Shown here: in pieces, positions 1 through 9,898 of the stretch | Numbering within the stretch: the stretch's first letter is position 1 | How the letters are laid out: every line of letters begins with the position of its first letter | NCBI GenBank assembly: GCA_030550235.1 | Contig: JAUQPU010000001.1 | Coordinates: forward strand, 381,068-445,067 | Source: Thermoproteota archaeon | Lineage (GTDB): Archaea > Thermoproteota > Nitrososphaeria_A > Caldarchaeales > Calditenuaceae | Direction: 5' to 3' | Length of the DNA: 64,000 bases | The notes under the pieces: generated by a model | Databases searched by the model: none | Told to the model about the DNA's origin: nothing | Seen by the model: only the letters and a program-made list of their open reading frames with translations | Program-made: the position numbers and the translations under genes

Positions 1-123
1 GAGAGCATCTCCCTAGAAAACTATCTGAGAGGCATCCTCCACATAGCCCTTCTCACAATAAACTTCGTACCATTTCTGAGGGGCGGTGATACGCCATATC
101 TATAAATCTGGGGCTAGTTCGAG

Positions 124-142
124 TGAAAACAAATATATATTA
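124..142 (+). promoter_or_regulatory. Putative BRE/TATA promoter of the rpl7ae operon
   Basis: Purine-rich GAAAACAAA followed by TATATATTA, about 35-45 nt upstream of the rpl7ae ATG. Confidence 0.55.
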
Positions 143-168
143 TGCGCTCGACTGATTCGTTCATCGGT

Positions 169-194
169 GCTTAGCAATGACGCCCGAGCTAAGC
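169..194 (+). promoter_or_regulatory. K-loop (kink-turn) L7Ae autoregulatory element covering the rpl7ae start codon
   Basis: GCTTAGC-AAT-GA-CGCCC-GA-GCTAAGC: perfect 7-bp stem, 3-nt bulge, tandem G.A/A.G; ATG at 177-179 lies inside the motif. Confidence 0.8.
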
Positions 195-560
195 TTCTAT
201 GTCAAGTTTAAGACGCCACCAGAGCTAGCTAACGCCACGCTCGAGATAGTGAAGATGGCTAGGGAGACTGGAAAGATAAGGAAGGGCGTGAACGAGGTGA
301 TCAAATCAATTGAGAGGGGGCAAGCTAAACTGGTGGTTATCGCCGAGAATGTAGACCCCCCGGAGATCGTGGCCTTCCTGCCCTCTCTATGCGACGAGAA
401 GAAGATACCCTACATCTATGTTCCGAGGAAGGAGGACTTGGGAAGGGCGGCTGGCCTGGAGGTTTCATCAAGCAGCGTATCGGTTATAGACGTTGGAGAG
501 GCCAAGACGTATTTTGAGGAGATTCTGAAACAGCTTGAGAGGATTAGGCGGTCGGGTTAG
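177..560 (+). CDS. rpl7ae: 50S ribosomal protein L7Ae
   Basis: GKIRKGVNEVIKSIERGQAKLVVIAENVDPPEIV signature. Confidence 0.98.
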   Translation: MTPELSFYVKFKTPPELANATLEIVKMARETGKIRKGVNEVIKSIERGQAKLVVIAENVDPPEIVAFLPSLCDEKKIPYIYVPRKEDLGRAAGLEVSSSSVSVIDVGEAKTYFEEILKQLERIRRSG

Positions 561-605
561 CGTTAAATAGTTTCTGCCCACTTTTGTAAGGATGGCTCGG
601 GGCGT

Positions 606-809
606 ATGAGTAGCTCAGGTGTTCCCGCTGTTGTGGAGCAGGTTGTTGGGAGGACAGGGGTTAGGGGTGACGTTACCCAGGTAAGGGTAAGAATACTCGA
701 GGGAGCTGATGCTGGAAGGGTTATCACGAGGAATGTTAAGGGGCCGGTCAGGGTCGGCGATATCCTAATTTTGATGGATACTGAGAGAGAAGCTGAGAAG
801 ATTAGGTGA
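606..809 (+). CDS. rps28e: 30S ribosomal protein S28e
   Basis: [17 protein letters not shown]...[13 protein letters not shown]...EREA. Confidence 0.98.
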   Translation: MSSSGVPAVVEQVVGRTGVRGDVTQVRVRILEGADAGRVITRNVKGPVRVGDILILMDTEREAEKIR

Positions 810-820
810 GGAGAGCGGGT

Positions 821-1012
821 GTGCCAACAATGCATACATGTAGTTTCTGTGGTAGGAGTTTTGTCCACGGTACTGGAATGTTGCTAGTTAAGAGAGATGG
901 CGCGCTAAACTGGTTTTGTAGTAAGAGATGCTTCGTCTACATGGTGGAGCATAAGAAGGATCCGAGAAAAATAAAGTGGACTAGCTACTATGGCAAGGAG
1001 AGGCGCGCCTAG
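821..1012 (+). CDS. rpl24e: 50S ribosomal protein L24e
   Basis: CSFCG...GTGMLLVKRDG...FCSKRC...PRKIKWT; GTG start at 821 preferred (SD-like GGTGAGG at 805-811). Confidence 0.96.
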   Translation: MPTMHTCSFCGRSFVHGTGMLLVKRDGALNWFCSKRCFVYMVEHKKDPRKIKWTSYYGKERRA

Positions 1013-1432
1013 TTAGTCCAGAATTTCATCCTTTGAGAAGAATATCTTATGCTCGTATTCATATGATTCTTGGCTATCGGATGCATGTATTATATTGCTC
1101 GTGATGTCGAGGCCATAGTCGCCCCTGATGGTGCCAGGACTAGCCTTGACAGGGTCTGTGGCCCCTACCATTAGCCTCACGACCTCGACTGCGCTTCTTC
1201 CTTCAAGAATAGCAACAACAACCTCCTTGCCAGTTATCGAGTCTATGAGGGATTGGTAGAATGGCTTCCCCACATGAATTGCGTAGAGTCTCTCGGCCAT
1301 CTCCCTCTTCACCCTCACTAGCTTTAGAGCTGCTATCCTAAACCCCTTAGATTCGAATCGTGAAATAATGCTGCCGACAAGCCCCCGAGACACTGCTATC
1401 GGCTTAAGCATGATAAAAGTTCTTTCAGCCAT
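1013..1432 (-). CDS. ndk: Nucleoside diphosphate kinase
   Basis: ERTFIMLKP, GATDP..ASPGTIRGDYG, NIIHASDS catalytic His. Confidence 0.97.
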   Translation of the reverse strand: MAERTFIMLKPIAVSRGLVGSIISRFESKGFRIAALKLVRVKREMAERLYAIHVGKPFYQSLIDSITGKEVVVAILEGRSAVEVVRLMVGATDPVKASPGTIRGDYGLDITSNIIHASDSQESYEYEHKIFFSKDEILD

Positions 1433-1468
1433 AGCAATATTTATGGGAAATGCGCCTATTGATATATA

Positions 1469-4400
1469 CTATCCCTGGATCCCCGTCTCTCTCTTGCGCT
1501 CCATGAGTAGGGGGGCTATTCTCTGACGGTTAATCCCCCAGAGCTCGCCCATCTCCATGACACTCATGTCGAGGACCCCTTCTGACAGTCTCTTAAAGGC
1601 TATGGATAGTTCCTGAGCGAGTTCTGTGTTGAGGACGAGCGGGATGTTATGGTCTGCCGCAGCCCTTCTTATCTCGTAGTCGATCTGTGGAATGTAGCCT
1701 GTGCTGGCCAGCATGCCTATCCTCCTCATCTTGATGGCTTTGACTGCTGCCTCGCTTCGAATCTCTGGTACCCCGGGTATAGGCATCTCCTCCAGCGTCA
1801 GGACCTCGTAGCCAGCCGCCTGCAGCACTTCAACCACCGTCTCAAACTTTGCTACAGTCCGAGTAGAGTCCGGGTATACCAAAATAGGGGCTTCCTTCGG
1901 TGGGATGGTGTTTGGTGTGGCCGAGAGCCAGCTCTTAAGCAAGGCCTCGTGAAAATCTAAGCCCAATGCAGCCACCTCACCGGTGCTCCTCATCTCCGGG
2001 CCGAGGAATGGATAGGAACCCCGAATCTGGGCCCATGAAAACTGGGGAGACTTCACACCCCACACAAGCTGCAGGGGGGCGAAGACCCCCTCGGATACCT
2101 CAGCCAATCTATCATCCTTCAGCTCGAGGCGCTCACCCAGTATACATCTGGTCCCATAACCCATCAGGTCGACGTTATAGATCTTGCTGCTGAAGGGCAT
2201 GGAGCGGCTACACCTCAAGTTGCATTCAATCACATAGACATCGCCTCCCTTGACTAGGTATTGTATGTTGAAGGGCCCCTTCACCTTTAGAGCTCTGGCA
2301 ATTAGTCCGGTGTATTCGGCTATCTTGGTGATTGTCTTTTCCTCTGTTCTATAGGGCGGGATTGAGATCGTTGCATCGCCACTATGCACGCCCGCATATT
2401 CTACATGGTCCATCGGAAGCATAAGGATGTTTGAGCCATCCGAGACACAGTCGACCTCAGCCTCTACGGCGTCCTCCACAAAATTGCTGATAACAACAGG
2501 CTTGTCAACATGTTTCGAGAGTTTCCCCACGAGTTCTTTGAGCTCATCCTCGTCATAGGCTATGAATACTGATGTTCCACTTAGGATATAGCTTGGCCGT
2601 AAGATGACAGGGTATCCAACTTCCTCAGCGATACGGGGGAGCCTGGCCAAGTTTGTAACAGTGGCCCACCTAGGTTGCTTTATCCCCAGCTCCTCTAGAA
2701 GTTTGCTAAATTTTGAGCGGTTCTCTGCAAACCCTACCGACGAGGGGTGTGTACCAAGTATCGGGACGCCACGCCTATCTAGCTCTTCTGCAACATTATT
2801 CCCTATCTGACCAGCAGAAGAGATAATGACTCCATCACAGTTCTGAATAGAGGCTATTCTTTCAATCGCCTCGGGCGTAAGCTCAGAGTTAATTAGAAAA
2901 TCGACTACATCCCAATCCGTCGAAACCGTCTCTGGATTATAGTTGATTATCGCAGCATTCTTCTCCATCTCTTTCAAGTTCTTATAGATGTTTACTGTCC
3001 CCCAGTCGAACTCTACAGAGACACCTATCCTGAAGCAACCAGCTCCCAGGACCAGGATTAACCCGTCAGAGTTCTGGCTTACTACATCATGCTCCATCCC
3101 TGAATATGTTGTGTATGAGTAGTTTGTCACTGCGGGTTTTTCTCCGGCCAGCGTGTCTATATTCTTCAGCCAGGGCTTCACCCCGTTTGCCAGGCATATC
3201 TCCACGCTCCTTTTCCCCGCTATAGCGGCTATCTGCTCCACAGTGAACCCGGCTTTAAGCGCCTCCCTAACAAGGGTCTCCCTTGTCTCAGGGCCTAGCG
3301 AGTCAAGCCGCCGGATAAGCGAGGCGATATTGACTATTTTCTCAACAGGCCTGAGGAAGAATGGGTCTACCCCCGTTATTCTGGAGATCTCGTCCACGGA
3401 TGAGCCTAGGTATAGGGCCTTTGCAACATCTATGAGCCAGTAGGGCCTGAACTGTTTTAGGCGCTCCATGATTTCTGAAAGGTCTTCCGAGTTGTTGAAT
3501 AGGTCTGGGCCGACTAGACCCATGAGGCCTGTGTCAAGCATCCTCGAGGACTTTTGATAGACCTCCTCCATGTTCCTACCTATCGCCATCACTTCGCCGA
3601 TGCTCATCATCTCCGACCCCAGAACCTCCTCCCTAGGCCAGAACTTGTCTAGGTCCCAGCGCGGAGCCTTCAACACTACATAGTCGAGGCTAGGCTCGAA
3701 GAATGCGGTCGTGCTCCGAGTTATCATGTTGAGAAGCTCGTCCAGCAGGTAGCCTAGGCAGAGTTTAGCTGCTATGTATGCGAGGGGATAGCCAGTCGCC
3801 TTGCTTGCAAGCGCGCTGCTCCGCGACATCCTCGGATTTGTCTCTATCACGTAGTATTCTCCACTCTTTTGCTCTAGTGCAAGTTGGACGTTACACTCGC
3901 CTACAAGCTTTATCGCCGATGCAACACCGAAAGATGCCTTTCTTAGGGTCTGGTATTCATTGTTAGTAAGTGTCTGGCTTGGCGCTACGACTAATGACTC
4001 TCCTGTATGAATGCCCATAGGTTCGATATTCTCAAGACACGCGACAGCAACCATGTTCCCCGTCCTATCCCTCATCACCTCATACTCAATCTCCTTCCAC
4101 TTCTCCAGATACTTCTCTACAAGGACGTTACCAACTATGCTGTGGGAGAAAGCCCTTGTTAGCTTCGCCTCCAGCTCCTCCCTCCTATATGCTATGAAAG
4201 AACCTCTGCCCCCTAGGTTAAAGCTGACGCGGACTATTACCGGGTAGCCAACCTCCTCAGCCGCCCTAACAGCCTCGCGGATATTGTTTGCTGGCTGTGA
4301 CGGAGGGACTGGAAGGCCAGCCTTAATCATTGTTTCGCGGAATATCGAGCGTGTAAGTGCCGCCTCAATCCCTTCGATGGGTGTACCCAGAACCTTCACG

Positions 4401-4726
4401 CCATACCTATCCAGGACCCCCTGGCGGTATAATTGGACCCCGACGCTCAGGGCGCTCTGTCCTCCGAAACCCACCATTATCCCGTCGGGCTGCTCCCTCT
4501 CGATTATCTTCTCCAAATACTCGACGGTGATTGGGGCTAGGTATACCCTGTCCGCCAGTAGGTGGGTTGTTTGGATAGTAGCGATGTTGGGATTCACAAG
4601 GACGGTTGAGACTCTCTCATCCTTAAGCGCCTTCAAAGCCTGACTCCCGCTATAGTCGAACTCTGCAGCCTCCGCCACCTTTATCCCGCCTGAACCTATC
4701 AAGAGAACCTTACTAACCGTCTCCAT
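1469..4726 (-). CDS. carB: Carbamoyl-phosphate synthase large subunit
   Basis: KVLLIGSG...EFDYSG.QA, duplicated ATP-grasp units, C-terminal MGS-like domain; start moved to ATG 4726 (METVSKVLL). Confidence 0.97.
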   Translation of the reverse strand: METVSKVLLIGSGGIKVAEAAEFDYSGSQALKALKDERVSTVLVNPNIATIQTTHLLADRVYLAPITVEYLEKIIEREQPDGIMVGFGGQSALSVGVQLYRQGVLDRYGVKVLGTPIEGIEAALTRSIFRETMIKAGLPVPPSQPANNIREAVRAAEEVGYPVIVRVSFNLGGRGSFIAYRREELEAKLTRAFSHSIVGNVLVEKYLEKWKEIEYEVMRDRTGNMVAVACLENIEPMGIHTGESLVVAPSQTLTNNEYQTLRKASFGVASAIKLVGECNVQLALEQKSGEYYVIETNPRMSRSSALASKATGYPLAYIAAKLCLGYLLDELLNMITRSTTAFFEPSLDYVVLKAPRWDLDKFWPREEVLGSEMMSIGEVMAIGRNMEEVYQKSSRMLDTGLMGLVGPDLFNNSEDLSEIMERLKQFRPYWLIDVAKALYLGSSVDEISRITGVDPFFLRPVEKIVNIASLIRRLDSLGPETRETLVREALKAGFTVEQIAAIAGKRSVEICLANGVKPWLKNIDTLAGEKPAVTNYSYTTYSGMEHDVVSQNSDGLILVLGAGCFRIGVSVEFDWGTVNIYKNLKEMEKNAAIINYNPETVSTDWDVVDFLINSELTPEAIERIASIQNCDGVIISSAGQIGNNVAEELDRRGVPILGTHPSSVGFAENRSKFSKLLEELGIKQPRWATVTNLARLPRIAEEVGYPVILRPSYILSGTSVFIAYDEDELKELVGKLSKHVDKPVVISNFVEDAVEAEVDCVSDGSNILMLPMDHVEYAGVHSGDATISIPPYRTEEKTITKIAEYTGLIARALKVKGPFNIQYLVKGGDVYVIECNLRCSRSMPFSSKIYNVDLMGYGTRCILGERLELKDDRLAEVSEGVFAPLQLVWGVKSPQFSWAQIRGSYPFLGPEMRSTGEVAALGLDFHEALLKSWLSATPNTIPPKEAPILVYPDSTRTVAKFETVVEVLQAAGYEVLTLEEMPIPGVPEIRSEAAVKAIKMRRIGMLASTGYIPQIDYEIRRAAADHNIPLVLNTELAQELSIAFKRLSEGVLDMSVMEMGELWGINRQRIAPLLMERKRETGIQG

Positions 4727-5801
4727 TCTCCAACACCAGTTTCTCAAACATTTCGAAGACGTAGAGAGCATCCCGCGGGCCAGGCCTCCCCTCTGGGTGA
4801 AACTGAACCGAGATCACAGGATAGGACTCGTGGACCAGACCTTCTATTGTCCCGTCATCGCAGTCTACAAACCAGGGCTTAAACCCAGCCCCCTCCAGTC
4901 TCTCCTCAGAGACAGCGTAGCCGTGATTCTGAAGCGTTATTACACGCCTACCTGTGACCAAGTCTCTGCAGGCCTTGTTGATTCCTCTATGCCCATATTT
5001 CAGCTTATATGTCTCGGCTCCAAGGGCCAGCGCGAGGAGCTGGTGTCCAAGGCAGACACCGAGCGTCGGTGTCCCGCTCTCTACAATCTCCTTCACAAGC
5101 TTTATTGCCATGGACATCTTTGCAGGGTTTCCAGGCCCGTTACTAATTACTATTCCTCTTGGTCCATATGAGAAGACCGCGTCAGAGCCAAGCCGCCCAG
5201 GAACCACGACAACACGGTACCCCATCTCTACAAGCCTGTGTATTATTCCATACTTTACTCCAAAGTCTACCACGACTATCGTGGAGCGTCCTCTATCATT
5301 GAAGATCGTTGGCTCTCTGTATGAGGAGTATTCGAAGATACGTGAGTCGTAGTCGACCTCTCGAGCCATCCTTAATAGCTCTTCCCTGTTGATCTCAGCG
5401 GGTGAGTCGGCGACCTGTACCGCCCCACCCATGACACCCTCCTCTCTTATCTTCTTCACCAACATCCTTGTGTCAACGTCCATCACGCCAGGAACGGAGT
5501 TCTCCAGGAGCCAGTCGCTGAGCGATTTCTTTGAGCATGGGTGGCTTGGCTCAGTAGCCTGTCCAACAATTAACGCCTCAATCTTTATGCCGTCTGACTC
5601 GAAGTCTGGCGGTACACCATAGTTTCCTATCAATGGGTATGTGAGTATGAGTATTTGACCGACGTATGAGGGGTCTGTCAGTGATTCTGTGTAGCCGTTC
5701 ATCGCTGTGCTAAACACGACTTCGCCGCTTCTCTTCCCCTCAGCTCCGAAGCCTTTACCGATAATGAAGGAGCCATCCTCGAGGGCGAGGGCAGCTGCCA
5801 T
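4713..5801 (-). CDS. carA: Carbamoyl-phosphate synthase small (glutaminase) subunit
   Basis: LALEDG, GEVVFSTAMNGY.ESLTDPSY, SNGPGNP, GVCLGHQ, QFHPE; start ATG 5801 preferred over 5846. Confidence 0.97.
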   Translation of the reverse strand: MAAALALEDGSFIIGKGFGAEGKRSGEVVFSTAMNGYTESLTDPSYVGQILILTYPLIGNYGVPPDFESDGIKIEALIVGQATEPSHPCSKKSLSDWLLENSVPGVMDVDTRMLVKKIREEGVMGGAVQVADSPAEINREELLRMAREVDYDSRIFEYSSYREPTIFNDRGRSTIVVVDFGVKYGIIHRLVEMGYRVVVVPGRLGSDAVFSYGPRGIVISNGPGNPAKMSMAIKLVKEIVESGTPTLGVCLGHQLLALALGAETYKLKYGHRGINKACRDLVTGRRVITLQNHGYAVSEERLEGAGFKPWFVDCDDGTIEGLVHESYPVISVQFHPEGRPGPRDALYVFEMFEKLVLENGDG

Positions 5802-5909
5802 GCCCCCAACAATGCGCTTCACGAGCCCCTCCAAGGAATTATCCATTCAGTCTCTATGATAATAGACATGTGTTGCTTCAAGGTATATACTTATTGACCG
5901 GTTTCGGTC

Positions 5910-6599
5910 ATGTGGATACTGGGCTTGTATCGAGATTGGTCTGTGAGTAAGGCGGTCCGCTACCTAATCGGTCTGGAGAAAGGATATAAGTCGGCGCTAG
6001 ACGGTGGATACGCCAATCTATCCGCCCTCGCCAAGCTCTTAAAACCGACCGTTGACGCCCTCATTGGGCGGGATGTCAAATACTCCACCATCGTAACGTC
6101 GTTGAAGAGGCTTCGAGCCCGTGTCCCTGTTAGGAGATTGGCCATAGCACAGGTCATTGCGAGAAGCAAGCTAGAGGCCAAGACTGGTCTGGCCAAGCTT
6201 ACACTGAAGCGGAATAGAGCCTCGCTTGGCATCGCGAGGGACCTGGCGGTGAGGGCGAGGGGGTTCTTCCAACTACTCGATGGAATAACGTCAATAACAC
6301 TGATCTGTAGCCGCGAGAGACTAGAGGAGGTTAAAAAAGAATTACCACGCCAACTAATTGTAGGTGAGTCGGAGAGTATTGCCGCACTCATAATTGTAAG
6401 CCCAGCCACAATAGAGAAAACCCACGGCGTGATCTCACATATCCTAGAGTGGTTGGCGTATAGGGAAATAAATGTCGAGGAGGTTATAAGCTGCTACAAA
6501 GACACCATAATTCTCGTGGCCACAGAGGATGGTGGGAAGGCATTCGATGCACTCAACGAGCTTATCTCGAGCTGTAAGCGAGTAGTTTCGAAGACCTGA
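5910..6599 (+). CDS. Archaeal ACT-domain protein with N-terminal helical (HTH-like) region; possible regulator
   Basis: N-terminal NLSALAKLLKP motif; C-terminal ACT-like TH-GVISHIL...INVEEVISCYKDTIILV; start may be GTG 5943. Confidence 0.75.
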   Translation: MWILGLYRDWSVSKAVRYLIGLEKGYKSALDGGYANLSALAKLLKPTVDALIGRDVKYSTIVTSLKRLRARVPVRRLAIAQVIARSKLEAKTGLAKLTLKRNRASLGIARDLAVRARGFFQLLDGITSITLICSRERLEEVKKELPRQLIVGESESIAALIIVSPATIEKTHGVISHILEWLAYREINVEEVISCYKDTIILVATEDGGKAFDALNELISSCKRVVSKT

Positions 6600-6614
6600 G
6601 AATATTCAATGGAA

Positions 6615-8909
6615 TTATTTCTTCGCCTTCTTCACAGCTTCCAGAATTGTTTGAGGGGTTATTGGAAGCTGTGTAATCCTTAAGTCGATAGCCCTTGAGA
6701 CAGCGTTTGCAATTGCAGCAGCTACCCCTATTATCGGCGGCTCACCAAGACCCTTTGCCCCCAAGGTGTTAGCACGCGTGTCTAGTGGCTCGACGAATAC
6801 TGGCATTATCTCGGGTGCTTCGAAGCTTGTCGGTAAGAGATAGTCAAATAGGTTGGGATTGATTATCGAGCCGGATGCTGGGTCTACAGCCCTCTGCTCG
6901 AGGAGGGCGAATCCCAGCCCCTGCACTACGCCGCCTATCACCTGCCCCTCAGCTGTTAGCTTGTTAATTATTCTCCCCGAATCGTGGGCCGACGTAACCC
7001 TCAAAACCCTAACAGCGCCAGTCTCAACGTCCACCTCAACCTCGGCAAATTGAGCTGCGAAGGTCTCAACAGCATATCCGTCGGGATTTGGCCCCCTCGC
7101 ACCCCTACCAACAATAGCAAAGTCCCTAAGCTGCCTGAGGAGATCTTCGAGCCTGATCGACTTCTCACCTTCCTTTGTCTCTATCCTTCCATCCCTGAGC
7201 TCAAGTATCTCCGGTGGGGCGTCGAGAAACTGTGAGGCTATGTCTAAGAGCTGGTTGCGGGCGTCTATCGCTGCTGCCCTTACAGCGGGGCCCATTGAAG
7301 CCAGTGTTCCGCTTCCACCGCTCCCCGGCGAGAAAAGCTCCAGTGATGTATCTCCTATGACTACTCTAACGCGCTCGATGGGGACTGACAATTCCTCGGC
7401 TACTATCTGAGCTAAGACGGTTCTAGTCCCAGTTCCTATGTCTTGAGTTGATGTGAGTACCTGAATTGTGCCATCCATATTCAGCTTAACCTCAGCGTAG
7501 GCCGGCGGCCCTCCACCTCCCCACCAGACAACGCTGGCTAACCCTGCGGCCCGAACCTTGCCGTTCTCCTTCCTCACACTGCGAGCCTGCTCCCATCCAA
7601 ACTCTCTAGCACCTATCAGGTAGGCATCCCTCAGAGCCTTCGACGTATATCTCACACCACTCTCAGGCTCAACCTCTGCATAGTTTCTGAGCCTTATCTC
7701 AAGCGGGTCTATTCCAAGCTCCTCAGCAGCCATATCCATTATAGACTCTAGGCCGAAGGTACCCTCTGTGAACCCTGGAGCCCTCATCGCAGTGTGCGGG
7801 GTAGTGTTTGTGAATACCCCCCACTCAACTGTCTCTAGATTAGGTATCTGATAGAGCATTCTGTATGGCCCACCGACGAGCGGAACCCACTCGGCATAGG
7901 CACCCAGATTAATTATAGCCTCCAGCCTCATTGCCGTTATCCTTCCATCCCTCTTGAACCCTGCCTTGACCCTCTGTATCGACTGGGCCCTGCAGCCCGC
8001 GGCCAAATTCTCCTCGGTCCTAGACAAATATACCTTTACAGGCCTCCCAGTCATTCGGGAGGCGAGGGCCGCAAGAATCGTATGTCTCCCAGGGTCGAAC
8101 TTTGCCCCGAAGCCACCTCCCATATACTCGCACACAACCCTTACCATGGAGAGGGGGATTGAGAATATCTGGCTAAGCCTCTGCCTAATGTTGTTTATTG
8201 CTTGTGTAGACTCCCAGACCGTGAGCCCTATCGAAGTCCAGTGCGCCACTGCTGAATGTGTTTCTAGCGAGTTATGTAGGACGGCGCTTGTCCTGAAAGT
8301 CTCCTCTAAGACTACGTCGGCCTCCCCAAACCCTTGCTCTATGCTTCCCCTAGAAATCTTAGAGGGCCCACCGGCGAAGATGTTTCCGTCTGGGTGAACT
8401 TTAGGAGCGTCTTCCCTCATAGCCTCGACTGGATCGACGACGAAGGGAAGCCTCTCGTATTCGACAGTTATGGCCTCGACTGCGTCCTCAGCTACACCCT
8501 CATCCTCTGCCACGACGAAGGCAACCTCCTCGCCCTGAAACCTCAAAACATCTGATAGAATGTTTGTTAGACCGCCATACCACGGAATCTTAGGCACGTT
8601 TAGAAATGTAAATACTCCCCGAACACCTTTCATCCTTTCAGCGTCTGAGGTGTCAATGCGCAGGATGCGCGCGTGTGGGTAGGGGCATCTGAGGAATTTA
8701 CCCACCAGCATGCCTTTAAGCGATACGTCGACGGTGTAGGTTGCTGAGCCTGTGACTTTCGCGACACCATCTACAGTCTTCACTCTTCCACCGATATATC
8801 TAAAACTCGCCTCCGCAGGCCATGGCGAGATCTTCTCCTCCTCCTCAACTACGAACTCCTCCCTCCACCGTCCCTCAATCTCGGCTCTAGTCTTCCTAAC
8901 CCTAACCAT
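6615..8909 (-). CDS. Xanthine dehydrogenase/aldehyde oxidoreductase family molybdopterin-binding (large) subunit
   Basis: KVTG.A.YT.D, GGGFGAK, AMRAPG, DIGTG..T, EGQ..GG..QGLG, GAKGLGEPP; start ATG 8909 preferred over 8978. Confidence 0.93.
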   Translation of the reverse strand: MVRVRKTRAEIEGRWREEFVVEEEEKISPWPAEASFRYIGGRVKTVDGVAKVTGSATYTVDVSLKGMLVGKFLRCPYPHARILRIDTSDAERMKGVRGVFTFLNVPKIPWYGGLTNILSDVLRFQGEEVAFVVAEDEGVAEDAVEAITVEYERLPFVVDPVEAMREDAPKVHPDGNIFAGGPSKISRGSIEQGFGEADVVLEETFRTSAVLHNSLETHSAVAHWTSIGLTVWESTQAINNIRQRLSQIFSIPLSMVRVVCEYMGGGFGAKFDPGRHTILAALASRMTGRPVKVYLSRTEENLAAGCRAQSIQRVKAGFKRDGRITAMRLEAIINLGAYAEWVPLVGGPYRMLYQIPNLETVEWGVFTNTTPHTAMRAPGFTEGTFGLESIMDMAAEELGIDPLEIRLRNYAEVEPESGVRYTSKALRDAYLIGAREFGWEQARSVRKENGKVRAAGLASVVWWGGGGPPAYAEVKLNMDGTIQVLTSTQDIGTGTRTVLAQIVAEELSVPIERVRVVIGDTSLELFSPGSGGSGTLASMGPAVRAAAIDARNQLLDIASQFLDAPPEILELRDGRIETKEGEKSIRLEDLLRQLRDFAIVGRGARGPNPDGYAVETFAAQFAEVEVDVETGAVRVLRVTSAHDSGRIINKLTAEGQVIGGVVQGLGFALLEQRAVDPASGSIINPNLFDYLLPTSFEAPEIMPVFVEPLDTRANTLGAKGLGEPPIIGVAAAIANAVSRAIDLRITQLPITPQTILEAVKKAKK

Positions 8910-8989
8910 CGGTATTCCTACTTCTTCGTTGCTAAATAAATGTTCAAAAGTCAAAGCATAGGCTTGTATATCATCCATGAGGATTATGT

Positions 8990-9898
8990 GTGGGGTTGGG
9001 AGATAGGCAGGGGCGTCACTGTGTGGGGGCCGGCTTCGCTTTCCAGGTTCCTCTGCATCTGACGGGCTTCTTCTTCCCTGTATATGGCGAGAGGGAGGAG
9101 TTGACGGGCTCCCTCGGAGCTGGCCTCGTTATCGAGCCGGGCTTGAGGTGTATTGTGGAGAGGGGCGAGGGGATATGGTTTGAGGGCAGGCCCATAATCG
9201 GTGGACCGGCCCACAGCATCTATGAGGACCTGGGAGGGGGCTTCTCAATCACTCTCAGCGGACAATGCACCCCCGGAGCGGGCTACGCCTTCAGCGCAGC
9301 CTCAAGTCTAGCTGTTGCAGCCTGCTTCGCGTTATCGGGGAGGCTAGACGTTCTTGATGCCGCGCAGATGGCCCATACATACGAGGTTAGGCACAGGACA
9401 GGCTTAGGAGATGTCTTGGCGATATGGGATGGTTATGGCCTAGTCATGAGGAGGAAGCCAGGCTCGCCTGGAATAGGTGAGGTGGAGAGCATCAAGCTAG
9501 CCGACAAGATAGCAATAATAACCTCGGAGCTTGGAAGACTTCCTACAGAGAACCTCCTCTCAGCCTACCACAACAAGATAGTAGAGACTGGAGTGAGGAT
9601 GTATCAAGAGTTCCTCAGAGAGCCGACTCTCGATAACTTCCTCAGACTCTCAAACAGGTTCTCACGGGAGCTGGGGCTTGTGGATGAGAAGGTTGATAGG
9701 GTCATCAGGCCTCTAGAGCACCATATAATAGGCTGGTACGTGAAGAAGAGGGTGCTAGTGATTGTTGCAGAGGAGGCTGAAGTGGGGGAGGTTTCAGTAA
9801 ATATAGCCGCCTCACTCCCTATTGTTAGGGTCTTCAAGCCGGGTGAGGTTGAGTGGAGGAGATACCTCAAGACCATCCTCGATACGTCTCGCTCATGA
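8990..9898 (+). CDS. Pantoate kinase (GHMP family)
   Basis: PLHLTGFF, GSLGAG, GAGYAFSAA, AH..EV...TGLGDV; first gene of the pan cluster; start uncertain. Confidence 0.88.
   Translation: MGLGDRQGRHCVGAGFAFQVPLHLTGFFFPVYGEREELTGSLGAGLVIEPGLRCIVERGEGIWFEGRPIIGGPAHSIYEDLGGGFSITLSGQCTPGAGYAFSAASSLAVAACFALSGRLDVLDAAQMAHTYEVRHRTGLGDVLAIWDGYGLVMRRKPGSPGIGEVESIKLADKIAIITSELGRLPTENLLSAYHNKIVETGVRMYQEFLREPTLDNFLRLSNRFSRELGLVDEKVDRVIRPLEHHIIGWYVKKRVLVIVAEEAEVGEVSVNIAASLPIVRVFKPGEVEWRRYLKTILDTSRS

Noticed and set aside
1..105. Open plus-strand frame ending at TAA (ESISLENYLRG...TPYL)
   Set aside because: Too short and featureless to call a gene
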